Notes: generated by a model from the letters alone, not told the origin. DNA of 64,000 nucleotides from Methanobacteriota archaeon (GCA_030594205.1 JAUVFR010000001.1:71870-135869), one strand, 5' to 3'; shown: positions 27,679 to 38,006, counted from the stretch's first letter. Translations and numbers: made by a program.

Positions 27679-27974
27679 AGTCGGTCACCTGAGGTGTCAT
27701 TCAAATCAGCTGAGGCCGGTTCCACGAGTTCTAGCCGGTTCCCGGTAGGGTCCCGGAAACGGGCCAATCGACCGCGGCCGCTGGCCACACCATAGGCCTC
27801 GATGCCGTGAGGAAAGGTGACACCCGCGGCGGGGAGCCGCTCCATGACGGACTCCAGGTTTGTCACCCGAAACCCCATGTCTCCGCTCGGACCCTTACCG
27901 GGCTCCTCGCAGAAGCCCCAAAGCGCCTCGACCCGCTCCTGGAAGTTCTCCAGGGCCTTGAAGGGGATGTTCAC
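27675..27974 (-). CDS. VOC/glyoxalase family protein, short and possibly degenerate
   Basis: GFRVTNLE..L..AGVTF and ARFRDPTGNRLELVE. Confidence 0.6.
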   Translation of the reverse strand: MNIPFKALENFQERVEALWGFCEEPGKGPSGDMGFRVTNLESVMERLPAAGVTFPHGIEAYGVASGRGRLARFRDPTGNRLELVEPASADLNDTSGDRL

Positions 27975-28255
27975 TCCATCGGCGTGGCGGGCCCGCTGCG
28001 ACTCCCGTTCGGATCATTCATTTCCGCCGTCTACTATCCCCTGATATGGACAGGAATATCAGCGACTTAGCCTTTCCGATGGGACAAGAACCTCACGCCT
28101 TTTTCGGTGGGACAACATAGAAGGCGATCCCAGGATTTGGGTAAGCCAGAGCAGGCCGAAGCGCGCAGAAAGGGAATCAACCCATTCTATCCGATTCACT
28201 CCCCCGGCAATGCGCCGTCTTAACTCAGTGAGCGGTTCGGATACTGGGGTATCCC

Positions 28256-28276
28256 AATCCCAGCGGGCCCGTCCTA
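28256..28276 (+). repeat. Right att-like direct repeat
   Basis: AATCCCAGCGGGCCCGTCCTA, identical to the tRNA 3' end at 24795-24815. Confidence 0.9.
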
Positions 28277-28304
28277 TCGGGAGCATACCTTTTTCTGGAG
28301 AACC

Positions 28305-29950
28305 GTGACTTCGACGCGGGGGAGTGGCACGAACCCAGGTACGGAGTTTTCTGATCTAGCCGAAACGATTCTCGACGGCGTCTTCGAGAGCGACCCTCGA
28401 CGGGCGGTGCAGCTGGGATTTCACGAGTACGACGGGCGGCTACCTGATGTGGAGCCCGGCCGCATTAAGGAACGTATCACACGCACTCGGGATCACCTCA
28501 CGCGACTCACGGCCCTTGGCGACCTATCGCCGGATTCGGACGCCGAGCGTGAAATGCTCGCCTCCATCCTCGAGGTCACCCTGTTTCAGCTTGAGGATCA
28601 GGCGATTCCGTTCCGGAATCCTGGTGTCTATGCCTTCATGTTGAGCCTGGTCCCTACCTGAGTCGTGAGTACGCCCCCCTCCCCGAGCGGTTCGAGGCGG
28701 TGCTGACCCATCTCAAGAACGTTCCTCGCTTTCTGGACCAAGCCGAGGCCAACTTGGAGGAGGCGCTCCCCATGCCCTTCGTGGAGTTGGGGGTCATCGC
28801 CTCGCAAGGCATCGTCACGAGCTTCCGCCGGAACATCCCGGAGGAGGCGGCGAAGGTGTCGCAGGAACTCCGGGACCGGGTCATGACACAGACCGAGAAG
28901 ACCATCGAACGAATCGAGGCCTTCCAGGGACGCCTGGAGAAGGAGTGGCGTCCCCGGGCGAATCAGGATTTCCCCCTCGGGCCCGACCGGTACCGGCGCA
29001 TGTTGTGGGCCCAGGAGCGAATCGACCTCCCTCTGGACGAGCTGGAGGCCATGGGCCAGGCGAATCTGGAGGAGAACAAGGAAGCCTTCCTGGAGACGGC
29101 GAAGCAGATCGACCCCAAGAAGACGCCGCAGGAGGTCATGGCCCTCGCCGAGGAGGACCACAGCACGGCAGATGCCCTCCTCCCCGAGACGGAGGAGATG
29201 CTCGAAGAACTCCGACAGTTCCTCCTTGACAAGGACATCATCACGATTCCCTCGGAGGTGCGCCCCATCGTGACCGAGACGCCCTACCACTTCCGCGCCT
29301 GGGCGACGGCGGCCATGAATTCCCCGGGCCCTTTCGAGGTGCAGGGAGACGAGGCTTACTACTACGTCACCCCCGTCGAGCCGGATTGGTCCGAAGAGAA
29401 GGCGGAGGAGTGGCTGCGATACATGAATCGACCGAGCCTCAAGAACATCAGCGTCCATGAATGCTATCCGGGGCACTACGTTCACATGCTCCATCGGAAG
29501 CTCCTCCCCTCGAAGATTGGCCGCATCTACACAGGCTACGCCTTCACGAAGGGGTGGGCCCACTACACGGAACAGATGGCCCTCGAAGAAGGGCTGGGGG
29601 AGGGGGATCCCCGCCTCCGCTTGCTGCAACTGCAGGATGCGCTCCTCCGCAACTGCCGGTATCTCTGTTCCATCGGCCTGCACACAAAAGGCAAGACCCT
29701 CGACGAGGCCACGGCGTTCATCATGGAGAACGCCTTCATGGAGCAGGGCCCCGCGGCGCGGGAGGCCTTCCGAGGAACCTTCGACCCCGGCTACCTCAAT
29801 TACACCCTGGGCAAGCTCTTCATCCTCCAGGTCCGGGAGAAGTTCTTTGCGGCCCACCCGGAGGCGACGCTGCGGGAGTTCCACGACAAGTTGCTGGCTG
29901 GGGGCGCCCCGCCGATTGGCCTCCTTGAGAAGCTGGTTTTGGCGGAATAG
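28305..29950 (+). pseudogene. DUF885 family (metallopeptidase-like) gene with a frameshift
   Basis: Adding one C at ~28654 joins the two ORFs (LSLVP-YLSREYAPL); HECYPGHY motif; TKGWAHY where the family typically has EGWAxY; YTLGK. Confidence 0.8.
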
Positions 29951-30034
29951 ATGAACCCATGAGCCCCCGGCGATTCCCACCGAGGAAGCTTCAAGTATCG
30001 CCGGCCGCGTACATCAGACACCGAAGGTGACCCC

Positions 30035-31213
30035 TTGGACGGTCCTGTGATCCTGGGCGCCGTCCGAACGCCCGTGGGCAAGTACGGACGGGCCCTCCGC
30101 GACGTTCCCGCCACCCGCCTAGGCGCCCTCGCCATCGAGGAGGTCGTGCGGCGGACTCGTGTCGATCCGACGGACGTGGAGGAGGTCATCATGGGCAACG
30201 TTATCCAGGCGGGTCTAGGCCAGGCACCCGCCCGTCAGGCGTCTCTCCTCGCCGGCCTCCCGGAGATGGTGGGTGCCGTCACGATCAACAAGGTCTGCGC
30301 ATCGGGCCTCAAAGCCGTGACCCTGGCTGCCGATACCATCCGGACGGGGGACCAAGACCTCGTCGTCGCAGGGGGCATGGAAAACATGAGCGCGGCCCCG
30401 TATCTGCTGCCCAAGGCCCGTTGGGGCTACCGGCACGGCAACGCAGAGCTAGTGGACGCGATGGTCCACGACGGACTGTGGGATGTGTACAACAACTTCC
30501 ACATGGGCATCACCGGCGAAGTCGTGGCGGAGAAGTACGGGATTACGCGAGAGGAGCAGGACGCCTTCGCCTACGAGAGCCACATGCGGGCGCTGAGCGC
30601 GATCAAGCAAGGCCGATTCGAGGCGGAGATCGTCCCGGTTCCGCTCGAGAGACCGGAGGGAGAAGCCCTCTTCGAGGTGGACGAGGGGGTCCGACCGGAC
30701 ACCTCCCTCGAAAAACTCGCCCGCCTGCCTGCTGTCTTTCAGGAGGGGGGCTCGGTCACCGCGGGGAACTCCTCCCAGCTGAGCGACGGGGGCGCCGCCG
30801 TCGTGGTCGCCTCGGCGGATCGGGCTGACGAGATGGGCGCCAAGCCCCTGGCCCGCATCCTCGGGTACGCCACAGGCGGCGTCTCCCCGAGGAACGTCAT
30901 GGAAGCCCCCATTCCCACGGTCAACGCGCTGCTCCAGAAGCTGGAGCTGACCATCCACGACTTCGACCTCTTCGAGCACAACGAGGCCTACGCCGCCGCC
31001 TCCCTTGCCGTCGCCCGACAGCTCGAGATTCCCATGGACAGGCTGAACGTGAACGGCGGAGCCGTCGCCCTCGGTCACCCCTTGGGATGCACGGGGGCCC
31101 GCATCCTGACGACCCTCCTCCACGCCATGCAGGATCGCGGTGCCCGACGCGGTCTCGTGACCCTCTGTCTTGGTGGCGGGAACGCCGTGGCCGTCGCCGT
31201 CGAGACGACCTAG
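30035..31213 (+). CDS. Acetyl-CoA acetyltransferase (thiolase)
   Basis: INKVCASGL, GGMENMS, TAGNSSQLSDG, EHNEAYA, GHPLGCTG, LCLGGG; SD AAGGTG + 5 nt + TTG. Confidence 0.95.
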   Translation: MDGPVILGAVRTPVGKYGRALRDVPATRLGALAIEEVVRRTRVDPTDVEEVIMGNVIQAGLGQAPARQASLLAGLPEMVGAVTINKVCASGLKAVTLAADTIRTGDQDLVVAGGMENMSAAPYLLPKARWGYRHGNAELVDAMVHDGLWDVYNNFHMGITGEVVAEKYGITREEQDAFAYESHMRALSAIKQGRFEAEIVPVPLERPEGEALFEVDEGVRPDTSLEKLARLPAVFQEGGSVTAGNSSQLSDGGAAVVVASADRADEMGAKPLARILGYATGGVSPRNVMEAPIPTVNALLQKLELTIHDFDLFEHNEAYAAASLAVARQLEIPMDRLNVNGGAVALGHPLGCTGARILTTLLHAMQDRGARRGLVTLCLGGGNAVAVAVETT

Positions 31214-31281
31214 CGCCCCCGAACCACCCGGAAAGCCTTTTAGGTTCGAGCCTGTTTCTTCATGGTTTGACCGGTTCCCCC

Positions 31282-34200
31282 ATGCTCCACACCGTAACCA
31301 AGCAAGGCTCCAAGGCGGACATCCTCGACCTGATGGAGGATCTCGTCCGGCGCTGGTTCGACCACAAGTTCGAGACTTTGACGGAACCCCAGGCCTACGC
31401 GGTGCCCCTGATCCACGCGGGGGAAAACGTCATCGTCTCCTCGCCGACGGGCTCCGGGAAGACGCTGACGGCCTTCCTTTCCATCATCAACGAACTCTAC
31501 GCCATCCAGAAGAAAGGCGAGCTCGAGGACAAGATCTACTGCCTCTACGTCTCCCCCCTGAAGGCCCTGGCCAACGACATCAACCGAAACCTACGCGAAC
31601 CTCTGGCGGAAATGGAGGCCTTGGCGGACGAGGAGGGGCTCGAGTCACCTCAGATCCGGGTCGCCGTTCGGTCCGGGGACACGTCTTCCAGCGAACGGCA
31701 GAAGCAAGCCCGCCGCCCGCCGCACATCTTCATCACGACCCCCGAATCGCTGGCCATCATCCTCTCCACACCCGTCTTCCGCCGGAAGTTCCAGGACGTC
31801 CGCTGGGTCATCCTGGACGAGATCCACGAGATCTGCTCCAACAAGCGAGGGGCCCATCTGTCCCTCAGCCTCGAGCGGCTCGGGGAACAGGTCAACGCCC
31901 CCTTCCTCCGCATCGGCCTATCCGCGACCATCGCGCCCATGGAGGAGGTGGCCAAGTTCCTGGCGGGGTACGAGGACGGGCGCCTCCGTCCGATGAACGT
32001 CGTGGAGGTGGAGAGCCAGAAGCGGTTGGACATGCGCGTCCTCTGCCCGGTGCGGGACATGACGTCCCTTCCCTTCGAGGTCGTCAACGCCCGGATGTAC
32101 GACCAGCTGAAGGGGATGATCGACGACCACCGAACGACCCTCATCTTTACGAACACCCGCAGCGGGACGGAGCGGCTCTCTATCAAACTCAAGGACCGGG
32201 GGGTGGAGGACCTCGAGGCGCACCACGGGAGCCTGAGCAAGTCCGTACGCCTGGACGTGGAGGAACGCCTCAAGGCGGGCAAGCTGAACGCCGTCGTCTC
32301 CTCCACCTCCTTGGAGTTGGGCATCGACATCGGGTACATCGACCTCGTCGCCCAGGTGGGCTCGCCCAAGTCGACTGCCAAGGGGCTACAGCGGGTCGGG
32401 CGGGCGGGCCATGCCTACGGCAACGTGAGCGTCGGACGCCTCATCGTGTTCGAGAACGACGATTTGCTGGAGTGCGCCGCCCTCGTGCGAGCGGCCTACG
32501 AAAACAGCATCGATCGGGTGGACATCCCCACCAACTCGTTGGATGTCCTCGCCCAAACCCTCGTCGGCATGAGCCTCGAGCAGCGGTGGGAGATTGACGC
32601 GGCCTTCGCCTTGATCCGGCGATCCTACTGCTACCGCCGCCTCCCCCGGAAGGACTTCCTCTCCGTCCTCCGGTACCTCTCCAGCCGGAACCCCGACGTT
32701 TCCGTCTATGCGAAAATCTGGCTCGACGAGGAGGAGGGCCGGTTCGGGCGGAAGCGCGGGAGCCGCATGATCTACTTCACGAACGTGGGAACGATTCCGG
32801 AGGAGGGGAACTACCGGGTCATCACCCACCACGGGGTCACCATCGGGACCCTCTCCGAGAAGTTCGTGGAGCAGCTGACCCGGCACGACGTCTTCGTCCT
32901 CGGCGGACGAACCTATCGGTTCGAGCGGGTTCGGGGGATGAAGGCCTTCGTCAAGGACGCCTCGGGCCGCCGTCCCACTGTACCCTCCTGGACCGGGGAG
33001 ATGCTCCCACGGAGCTTTGACCTCTCCCTGCAGGTGGGCCGTCTCCGGCAAGAGACCCTCCGGCGTGTGGACGGGGAGGGAGAGGCCGCGGCCATGGCCT
33101 GGCTCGAGGAGACGTGCCGGGTGGACCACGGATCCGCCCGTAGCCTCGTGAATTACCTGCTCGAGCAGCGGGCCATGGTCCCCCAGTTGCCGACGGACGA
33201 AGCCGTGGTCCTGGAGGGCTACATCGACATCCGGGGGAACCGAAACATCGTCTTTCACTACTGCTTTGGCCGCCGGACCAACGATGCCCTCGCCCGGGCC
33301 TACGCTTTCGTAATCTCCAACGCCCTGGAGTGTAACGCCCGTGTCTCCGTCACCGACGACAACTTCATGGTCACGATCCCGAAGCGGGCGAACCTGGAGG
33401 AGATCGTCGGTCTCCTGAAGAGCCACGAGCTCGAGGACCTCTTGCGCCGGGCCCTCCGGAACACGGAACTCTTCAAGCAGCGCTTCCGCCACTGTGCCAC
33501 GCGGAGCTTCATGATCCTCCGAAACTACCGGGGCCATCAGGTCTCCGTCGGGCGGCAACAGATCCGCTCCCAACGGGTGCTGGACTGGCTCCACGAGCTG
33601 GAGGACTTCCCGGTCATTCAGGAGAGCTACAACGAGATTCTCAATGACGTCATGGACCTCCACCACGCCCGACAGGTCCTCCAGGGGATCGAGGAGGGTC
33701 GGATCCAGGTCCACCTGACCTCCTGGTCCAACGTCCCCTCCCCCCTCGCCCACAACGTGGTGTTGGCCGGCATCAGCGACATCGTCCTCATGGAGGACCG
33801 GAGCGCCATGCTTCGGGACCTGCACCGCAAGGTCCTCCGACGGGTCGTCCCCGAGGAGCAACTGCAGGAGGTCCAGTTCACGGAACAGCAGGTCCAGGCG
33901 TACTTCCGCCAGAAGGCTCCGCGGGTTGCTTCTCGCGAGGACATCCTCCCCCTCCTGGAGAAAACGGGCGCTCTCAATCTGCTCCAGCAGAAGGGTCGAA
34001 ACGTCTACGACCTGGCCGAGGCCGACCCCGAGACCGTCCGGGCGTGGTGTGAGGAGCTGGTCGAGGAGGGCAGGGTCGCCTCCGTGTGGACACCCAAGGG
34101 CGTTCTCTGGGTTTCCACCACGGATGTGCCCGCCTACGCCGCCGTGTACGCTCGACCGCGGCGGCCGCGAACCCGCGATCGCCGGGTTCTGGATCACCTC

Positions 34201-36681
34201 GAGGAAGGGGCCAAGACGGCGAAGGAACTCGGTCGGGAACTCGAGGCGCCCCGGGTCGAGGTGAACGACGCCCTCCGCCGCCTCGAGCGGGGCTACCGTT
34301 TGGCCCGGCGAGGGCTCGCGGAGCCGGCCTACGAACCCCGGGAGGTGGAGGCCGACCGGTTCGAGGAGGCGTTGGACCGCCTGGTGGTCCGCTTGCTTGA
34401 GTTCCAGGGGCCGATGACCCTCGAGGAACTCGCGTACGAACTCGATCTGAAGGGGGAGATGCTCCAGGAGGCGTTGAACGGCTTGGTGAACGAGGCCACC
34501 CTCGCCTCGGGGCACTTTGTGGTGGACGAGGCGTACCAATACCTGGTCGCCCAAGACCTCCGCCGACTCGAGGCTCGAGAACAAGCGCTCCCCACCTTCG
34601 AGGAGACGGCGGTCCGGTCGTATCTCCTGGCCAAGCATTTCGAACGCCTCGACTCCGTGGATGCCTACTTCGATCGCTTCCTGGAGGCGGGGATCCTCTT
34701 CGACGTCTTCCAACGGGTCGAGGGCTTCGACATGGAAGATTGGTACCGCCGGCGGGAGGCGGGGGAGATCCTGGAGGGCCGGTTCCTCCGTGGACGAGTG
34801 CGGTACGTGCGGCGGGAGGAGGCTTCCCTCTTCGCCTCGGCCTACCGGCGCCCGCCGCTCGGGCCGCTGGAGGAACGCGTACTGACGGCGGTTGCCCGGG
34901 AAAACGGCCTCGACCTCGACCAGGTTACCGAGGCGGTGGGAGCCGACCGGGGGCGCGTGAAGGAGGCGCTGCATGCGTTGGACCGGGGCCTTCACATCAT
35001 CCGCAAGTTCACCGGCAGCGACGCCTGGACGACGAAGAACATCTACGTGGCCTACGAACCGGCGGACGAGCTGCCTGACGCCCAGGAGGCCATTGTGCGG
35101 CGGTTCCTCCGGGCATACGGCCCCGTGAGTCCCGCCGGCGTCAAGGGTTACGCCGGGTTCGGGTACGCCGAGACGGAGGGGCTCGTGGAACGCCTTCTCG
35201 AAGAGGGGGTCGCCACGAAGATCCTCGTGCAGGGGGACGGCGATGTCGAGATGCTTCTCCTCACCGAGGAGCTGCCGGCGCTCCAGGAAGTCCCCGCGCG
35301 GGCGCCCTCTGACAGGTTGCGAATCCTCTCCCTCCAGGATCCGTGGATCCGGCCGATGTGGGCGGAGGTCAACAGTCGATACGGCGACGGCTGGTACTAT
35401 CCTGTGGTCAAGGACGGCAAGCTCGTGGGGATGGTGGAGAAGTGGCAGATGAGCGGGTGTCTCGAGGTCCGAGAGATCGAACTGGACGACCCGGGGCTGC
35501 TGCCGGAGCTCCTGGTCGCGGTGCAAGGGATGATGGGCTTCTACGCGCAACGAGGCTACGAGATCGTTCGGGTCGTGGGCGCCTTCGGGAAGTCAGTCCT
35601 AGATGCCGGAGTCTCCGAGGCCTTCGAGGAGGCGGGCTTCCATCCGACAAACGACTTCTTCGCCTGGGGGGAGATGATCCCCCAGCAGCACTCGTGGGAG
35701 GAGGTTCTCAGTTACGTCTTCTACCGCCAGGGCATCCATCCGGACCGACGATTCAAGGACGCCTTTGCGGCCATCGAGGCCCTGGGAGGCCTCCGGTCCG
35801 ACTTCGCCTCGCTCCTGCGGACCCGACGGTTCACCCCGCTGAAGGAACTCTTTGAGAAGGGCCTCGTGGCGAAGGGCGTGGCCATTCCCCCCTACGTCAC
35901 GTACTGTACGGAGGAAGACCTGGAGCTCTACCGCGCGGCCAAGTCCGTGCCGATGGAGGAGGACATGGAGGAGGTGTGGGAACTCATTCGGGAGGGCGAA
36001 CCCATCTCGAAGGGGCGCCTGGTCGCCCTTGCCCCATTCCCCGAGGCGGTGACGGAGCGCGCCTTGCAGAAACTGCATAGGGCCTCCCACGTGACCCGGG
36101 ATCCGCGCCACAGGTACCGTACCGTGGGCGATGCAGGGCTCGAGCCATTGGAGGCGAAGAAGGTCGTCCTCCGGAAGGTCTTCGAGGCCTACGGCATCTT
36201 CAGCGCCGAGAACCTGGGGGCCTACACGCGGGGCCACTTCCGCATGGGGGAGATTCGGCGGATTCTCCGGGAGCTGGAGCGGGAGGGCGTCTTGGTCAAG
36301 GGGTTCTTGATCGAGGGAGAACCGGCGGTGTATTGGATGCTGAATGACGGCCTCCTGGGGAAGACGCCCTACAAGGGCCAGTTCGTCCTTTCGCCTTGGG
36401 ACAACCTCTCTTTCTACCTCCGGGATTACCTCCATGAGCGATGGCGGATGGGGAGTTGCTACGCGGCCTTCGATGGCTCCCGGTCCGTCGCGGCCTTCAA
36501 GGCACGCAAGCGGGGCGACGAGCTCGTGATCACCGAGTACCAGGGGGACTCCGCGGCCCAGGAGCTTCTCCGCGCGTTCGCGTACCAGAACGACCTGGCT
36601 CTCCATGCCGAAGGGGAGGAGGCGGACGAGTGGGAGCTGATTCGCTGGTACGAGCGCATGTATGGAGGGGTACGGGAGTAG
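31282..36681 (+). CDS. lhr: Lhr-type SF2 helicase with very long C-terminal extension (~1800 aa)
   Basis: SPTGSGKT, SPLKALAND, TTPESL, DEIH, LSAT, HHGSL, SLELGIDIG, QRVGRAGH, then ~870 aa beyond the core. Confidence 0.92.
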   Translation: MLHTVTKQGSKADILDLMEDLVRRWFDHKFETLTEPQAYAVPLIHAGENVIVSSPTGSGKTLTAFLSIINELYAIQKKGELEDKIYCLYVSPLKALANDINRNLREPLAEMEALADEEGLESPQIRVAVRSGDTSSSERQKQARRPPHIFITTPESLAIILSTPVFRRKFQDVRWVILDEIHEICSNKRGAHLSLSLERLGEQVNAPFLRIGLSATIAPMEEVAKFLAGYEDGRLRPMNVVEVESQKRLDMRVLCPVRDMTSLPFEVVNARMYDQLKGMIDDHRTTLIFTNTRSGTERLSIKLKDRGVEDLEAHHGSLSKSVRLDVEERLKAGKLNAVVSSTSLELGIDIGYIDLVAQVGSPKSTAKGLQRVGRAGHAYGNVSVGRLIVFENDDLLECAALVRAAYENSIDRVDIPTNSLDVLAQTLVGMSLEQRWEIDAAFALIRRSYCYRRLPRKDFLSVLRYLSSRNPDVSVYAKIWLDEEEGRFGRKRGSRMIYFTNVGTIPEEGNYRVITHHGVTIGTLSEKFVEQLTRHDVFVLGGRTYRFERVRGMKAFVKDASGRRPTVPSWTGEMLPRSFDLSLQVGRLRQETLRRVDGEGEAAAMAWLEETCRVDHGSARSLVNYLLEQRAMVPQLPTDEAVVLEGYIDIRGNRNIVFHYCFGRRTNDALARAYAFVISNALECNARVSVTDDNFMVTIPKRANLEEIVGLLKSHELEDLLRRALRNTELFKQRFRHCATRSFMILRNYRGHQVSVGRQQIRSQRVLDWLHELEDFPVIQESYNEILNDVMDLHHARQVLQGIEEGRIQVHLTSWSNVPSPLAHNVVLAGISDIVLMEDRSAMLRDLHRKVLRRVVPEEQLQEVQFTEQQVQAYFRQKAPRVASREDILPLLEKTGALNLLQQKGRNVYDLAEADPETVRAWCEELVEEGRVASVWTPKGVLWVSTTDVPAYAAVYARPRRPRTRDRRVLDHLEEGAKTAKELGRELEAPRVEVNDALRRLERGYRLARRGLAEPAYEPREVEADRFEEALDRLVVRLLEFQGPMTLEELAYELDLKGEMLQEALNGLVNEATLASGHFVVDEAYQYLVAQDLRRLEAREQALPTFEETAVRSYLLAKHFERLDSVDAYFDRFLEAGILFDVFQRVEGFDMEDWYRRREAGEILEGRFLRGRVRYVRREEASLFASAYRRPPLGPLEERVLTAVARENGLDLDQVTEAVGADRGRVKEALHALDRGLHIIRKFTGSDAWTTKNIYVAYEPADELPDAQEAIVRRFLRAYGPVSPAGVKGYAGFGYAETEGLVERLLEEGVATKILVQGDGDVEMLLLTEELPALQEVPARAPSDRLRILSLQDPWIRPMWAEVNSRYGDGWYYPVVKDGKLVGMVEKWQMSGCLEVREIELDDPGLLPELLVAVQGMMGFYAQRGYEIVRVVGAFGKSVLDAGVSEAFEEAGFHPTNDFFAWGEMIPQQHSWEEVLSYVFYRQGIHPDRRFKDAFAAIEALGGLRSDFASLLRTRRFTPLKELFEKGLVAKGVAIPPYVTYCTEEDLELYRAAKSVPMEEDMEEVWELIREGEPISKGRLVALAPFPEAVTERALQKLHRASHVTRDPRHRYRTVGDAGLEPLEAKKVVLRKVFEAYGIFSAENLGAYTRGHFRMGEIRRILRELEREGVLVKGFLIEGEPAVYWMLNDGLLGKTPYKGQFVLSPWDNLSFYLRDYLHERWRMGSCYAAFDGSRSVAAFKARKRGDELVITEYQGDSAAQELLRAFAYQNDLALHAEGEEADEWELIRWYERMYGGVRE

Positions 36682-36725
36682 GCCGCGACTCCAGCCGAGC
36701 CTTGGAAACCTGAAATAGCTAGGCA

Positions 36726-37484
36726 TTGTTGAATGTCGTGGTGAACCACGAGTTCTTCGCGGCCGGCGCCGTGGGCATCGGTCCGGCCCTTCTCCTTATG
36801 TTCTACACGCTCCGCCGATATGAGTACCCGTTCGTGGAGAAGGCCCTCTTCCGCAGCGAGCGGCTGTTCCTCAGCTTCGCCATCGGGCTGGTGGTCGGCG
36901 TGGTGGCCGCCGTGATTTTCAACTTCTTCCAGATCAATACGACCGTCGCAGCCCTCCTCGCCCTCCTGGCCGTGGCGGTCTTCGAGGAGTCCTTCAAGAT
37001 CGTGTATCTGAACTACAAGCTCTTCCGCGGAAACTTCGACACGGTGTTTTACGGCCCCGGGTTAAGTCTCGGCATCGCGGCCACCTTCAGCATGGCCTTC
37101 GCCTTCCAGGTCTTTACCCAGCCGGACGTCCCACTCGGCGCGCTGGCCGTCAACGTGACGGTACTCGTCCTCCTATCCCTGGGTCTGAACGCCCTTCATT
37201 TCTATACGGGGTCCGTCCAGGGGGCGGGGGCGGGCGGAGGGACGCCCTGGCGATCGTACTTCCAGTCCATGGGTGCCCGGGCGGTCTTCGCCCTGTTGCT
37301 CGCCCCCTTCCTGGCACCCTTCCAGATCCCCAACCCCGCGGTGCTTGTGGGCTTCCTCCTCGTGGCGGTGGGCTTTGCGGTGTATCTGTTCTGGAACGCC
37401 TACAGACGCGTGATTCCGAACGCCCTCCCCTCGGACGTCCGTCGTCGGCTCCGCCGGCAGCCCGCGGGCAAGGAGGCGAGTTAG
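36726..37484 (+). CDS. Polytopic membrane protein, PrsW-like
   Basis: About 7 hydrophobic segments; FEESFK motif and a His in ALHF. Confidence 0.6.
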   Translation: MLNVVVNHEFFAAGAVGIGPALLLMFYTLRRYEYPFVEKALFRSERLFLSFAIGLVVGVVAAVIFNFFQINTTVAALLALLAVAVFEESFKIVYLNYKLFRGNFDTVFYGPGLSLGIAATFSMAFAFQVFTQPDVPLGALAVNVTVLVLLSLGLNALHFYTGSVQGAGAGGGTPWRSYFQSMGARAVFALLLAPFLAPFQIPNPAVLVGFLLVAVGFAVYLFWNAYRRVIPNALPSDVRRRLRRQPAGKEAS

Positions 37485-37485
37485 G

Positions 37486-37971
37486 TCAACCCAGGAATAC
37501 CAGGGCGGCGACGCACGCCCCGTAGTGGTCCATGGGCACGGAGAGGTCCTGAATCTGGTAGCGAATCGTGCCGAACTCGACCTCGCGGTGGCGCGCCATC
37601 TCTTCGATTTTCCACTCGAGGATTTCCTCCAGGGCCCCTCGGGTCCCGTACATGTGCCCTTCCGCCACGTACCCATGTCCCCCGCCCTTGCGGAAGGCGA
37701 ATGCGATCCCGGCCGCGATCATCTCCCCCTCGTTTCCCCGCATCTGAGCCAGGACGGCGTAGGTGATCATCCCGGCGGGCAGGGTCTTCGGGTTGATCTC
37801 TCGGATGCCGGGAGGCAGTACCGAGGAAACGGAGACCAGGTTCTGCTCGCCGATGCCGGCCCCGATGAGGGCCTTGTCGAAGGCGTTGAGGTCGGATACC
37901 GGACTGACGGCTCCGGCCCCCGTCACGAAGAACCGGGAGGGAACGGGGACCATGGGATCGGTCTCGCCCAT
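37486..37971 (-). CDS. pdaD: Pyruvoyl-dependent arginine decarboxylase
   Basis: LNAFDKAL, NLVSVSSVLP (S-S autocleavage site), GYVAE. Confidence 0.88.
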   Translation of the reverse strand: MGETDPMVPVPSRFFVTGAGAVSPVSDLNAFDKALIGAGIGEQNLVSVSSVLPPGIREINPKTLPAGMITYAVLAQMRGNEGEMIAAGIAFAFRKGGGHGYVAEGHMYGTRGALEEILEWKIEEMARHREVEFGTIRYQIQDLSVPMDHYGACVAALVFLG

Positions 37972-38006
37972 GTCGAATTTACCCGAGCCGCGGACTTAAA
38001 CGTTTC

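Larger units (their letters stand above)
24795..28276. mobile_element. Integrase-less genomic island remnant integrated at tRNA-Arg(TCG)
   Basis: Bounded by perfect 21-bp direct repeats; visibly lower GC and different codon usage; cargo partly decayed. Confidence 0.8.

Noticed and set aside
28655-28665. TGA in DUF885 as a selenocysteine or readthrough codon
   Set aside because: The downstream homology is in a different frame, so this is a frameshift, not readthrough
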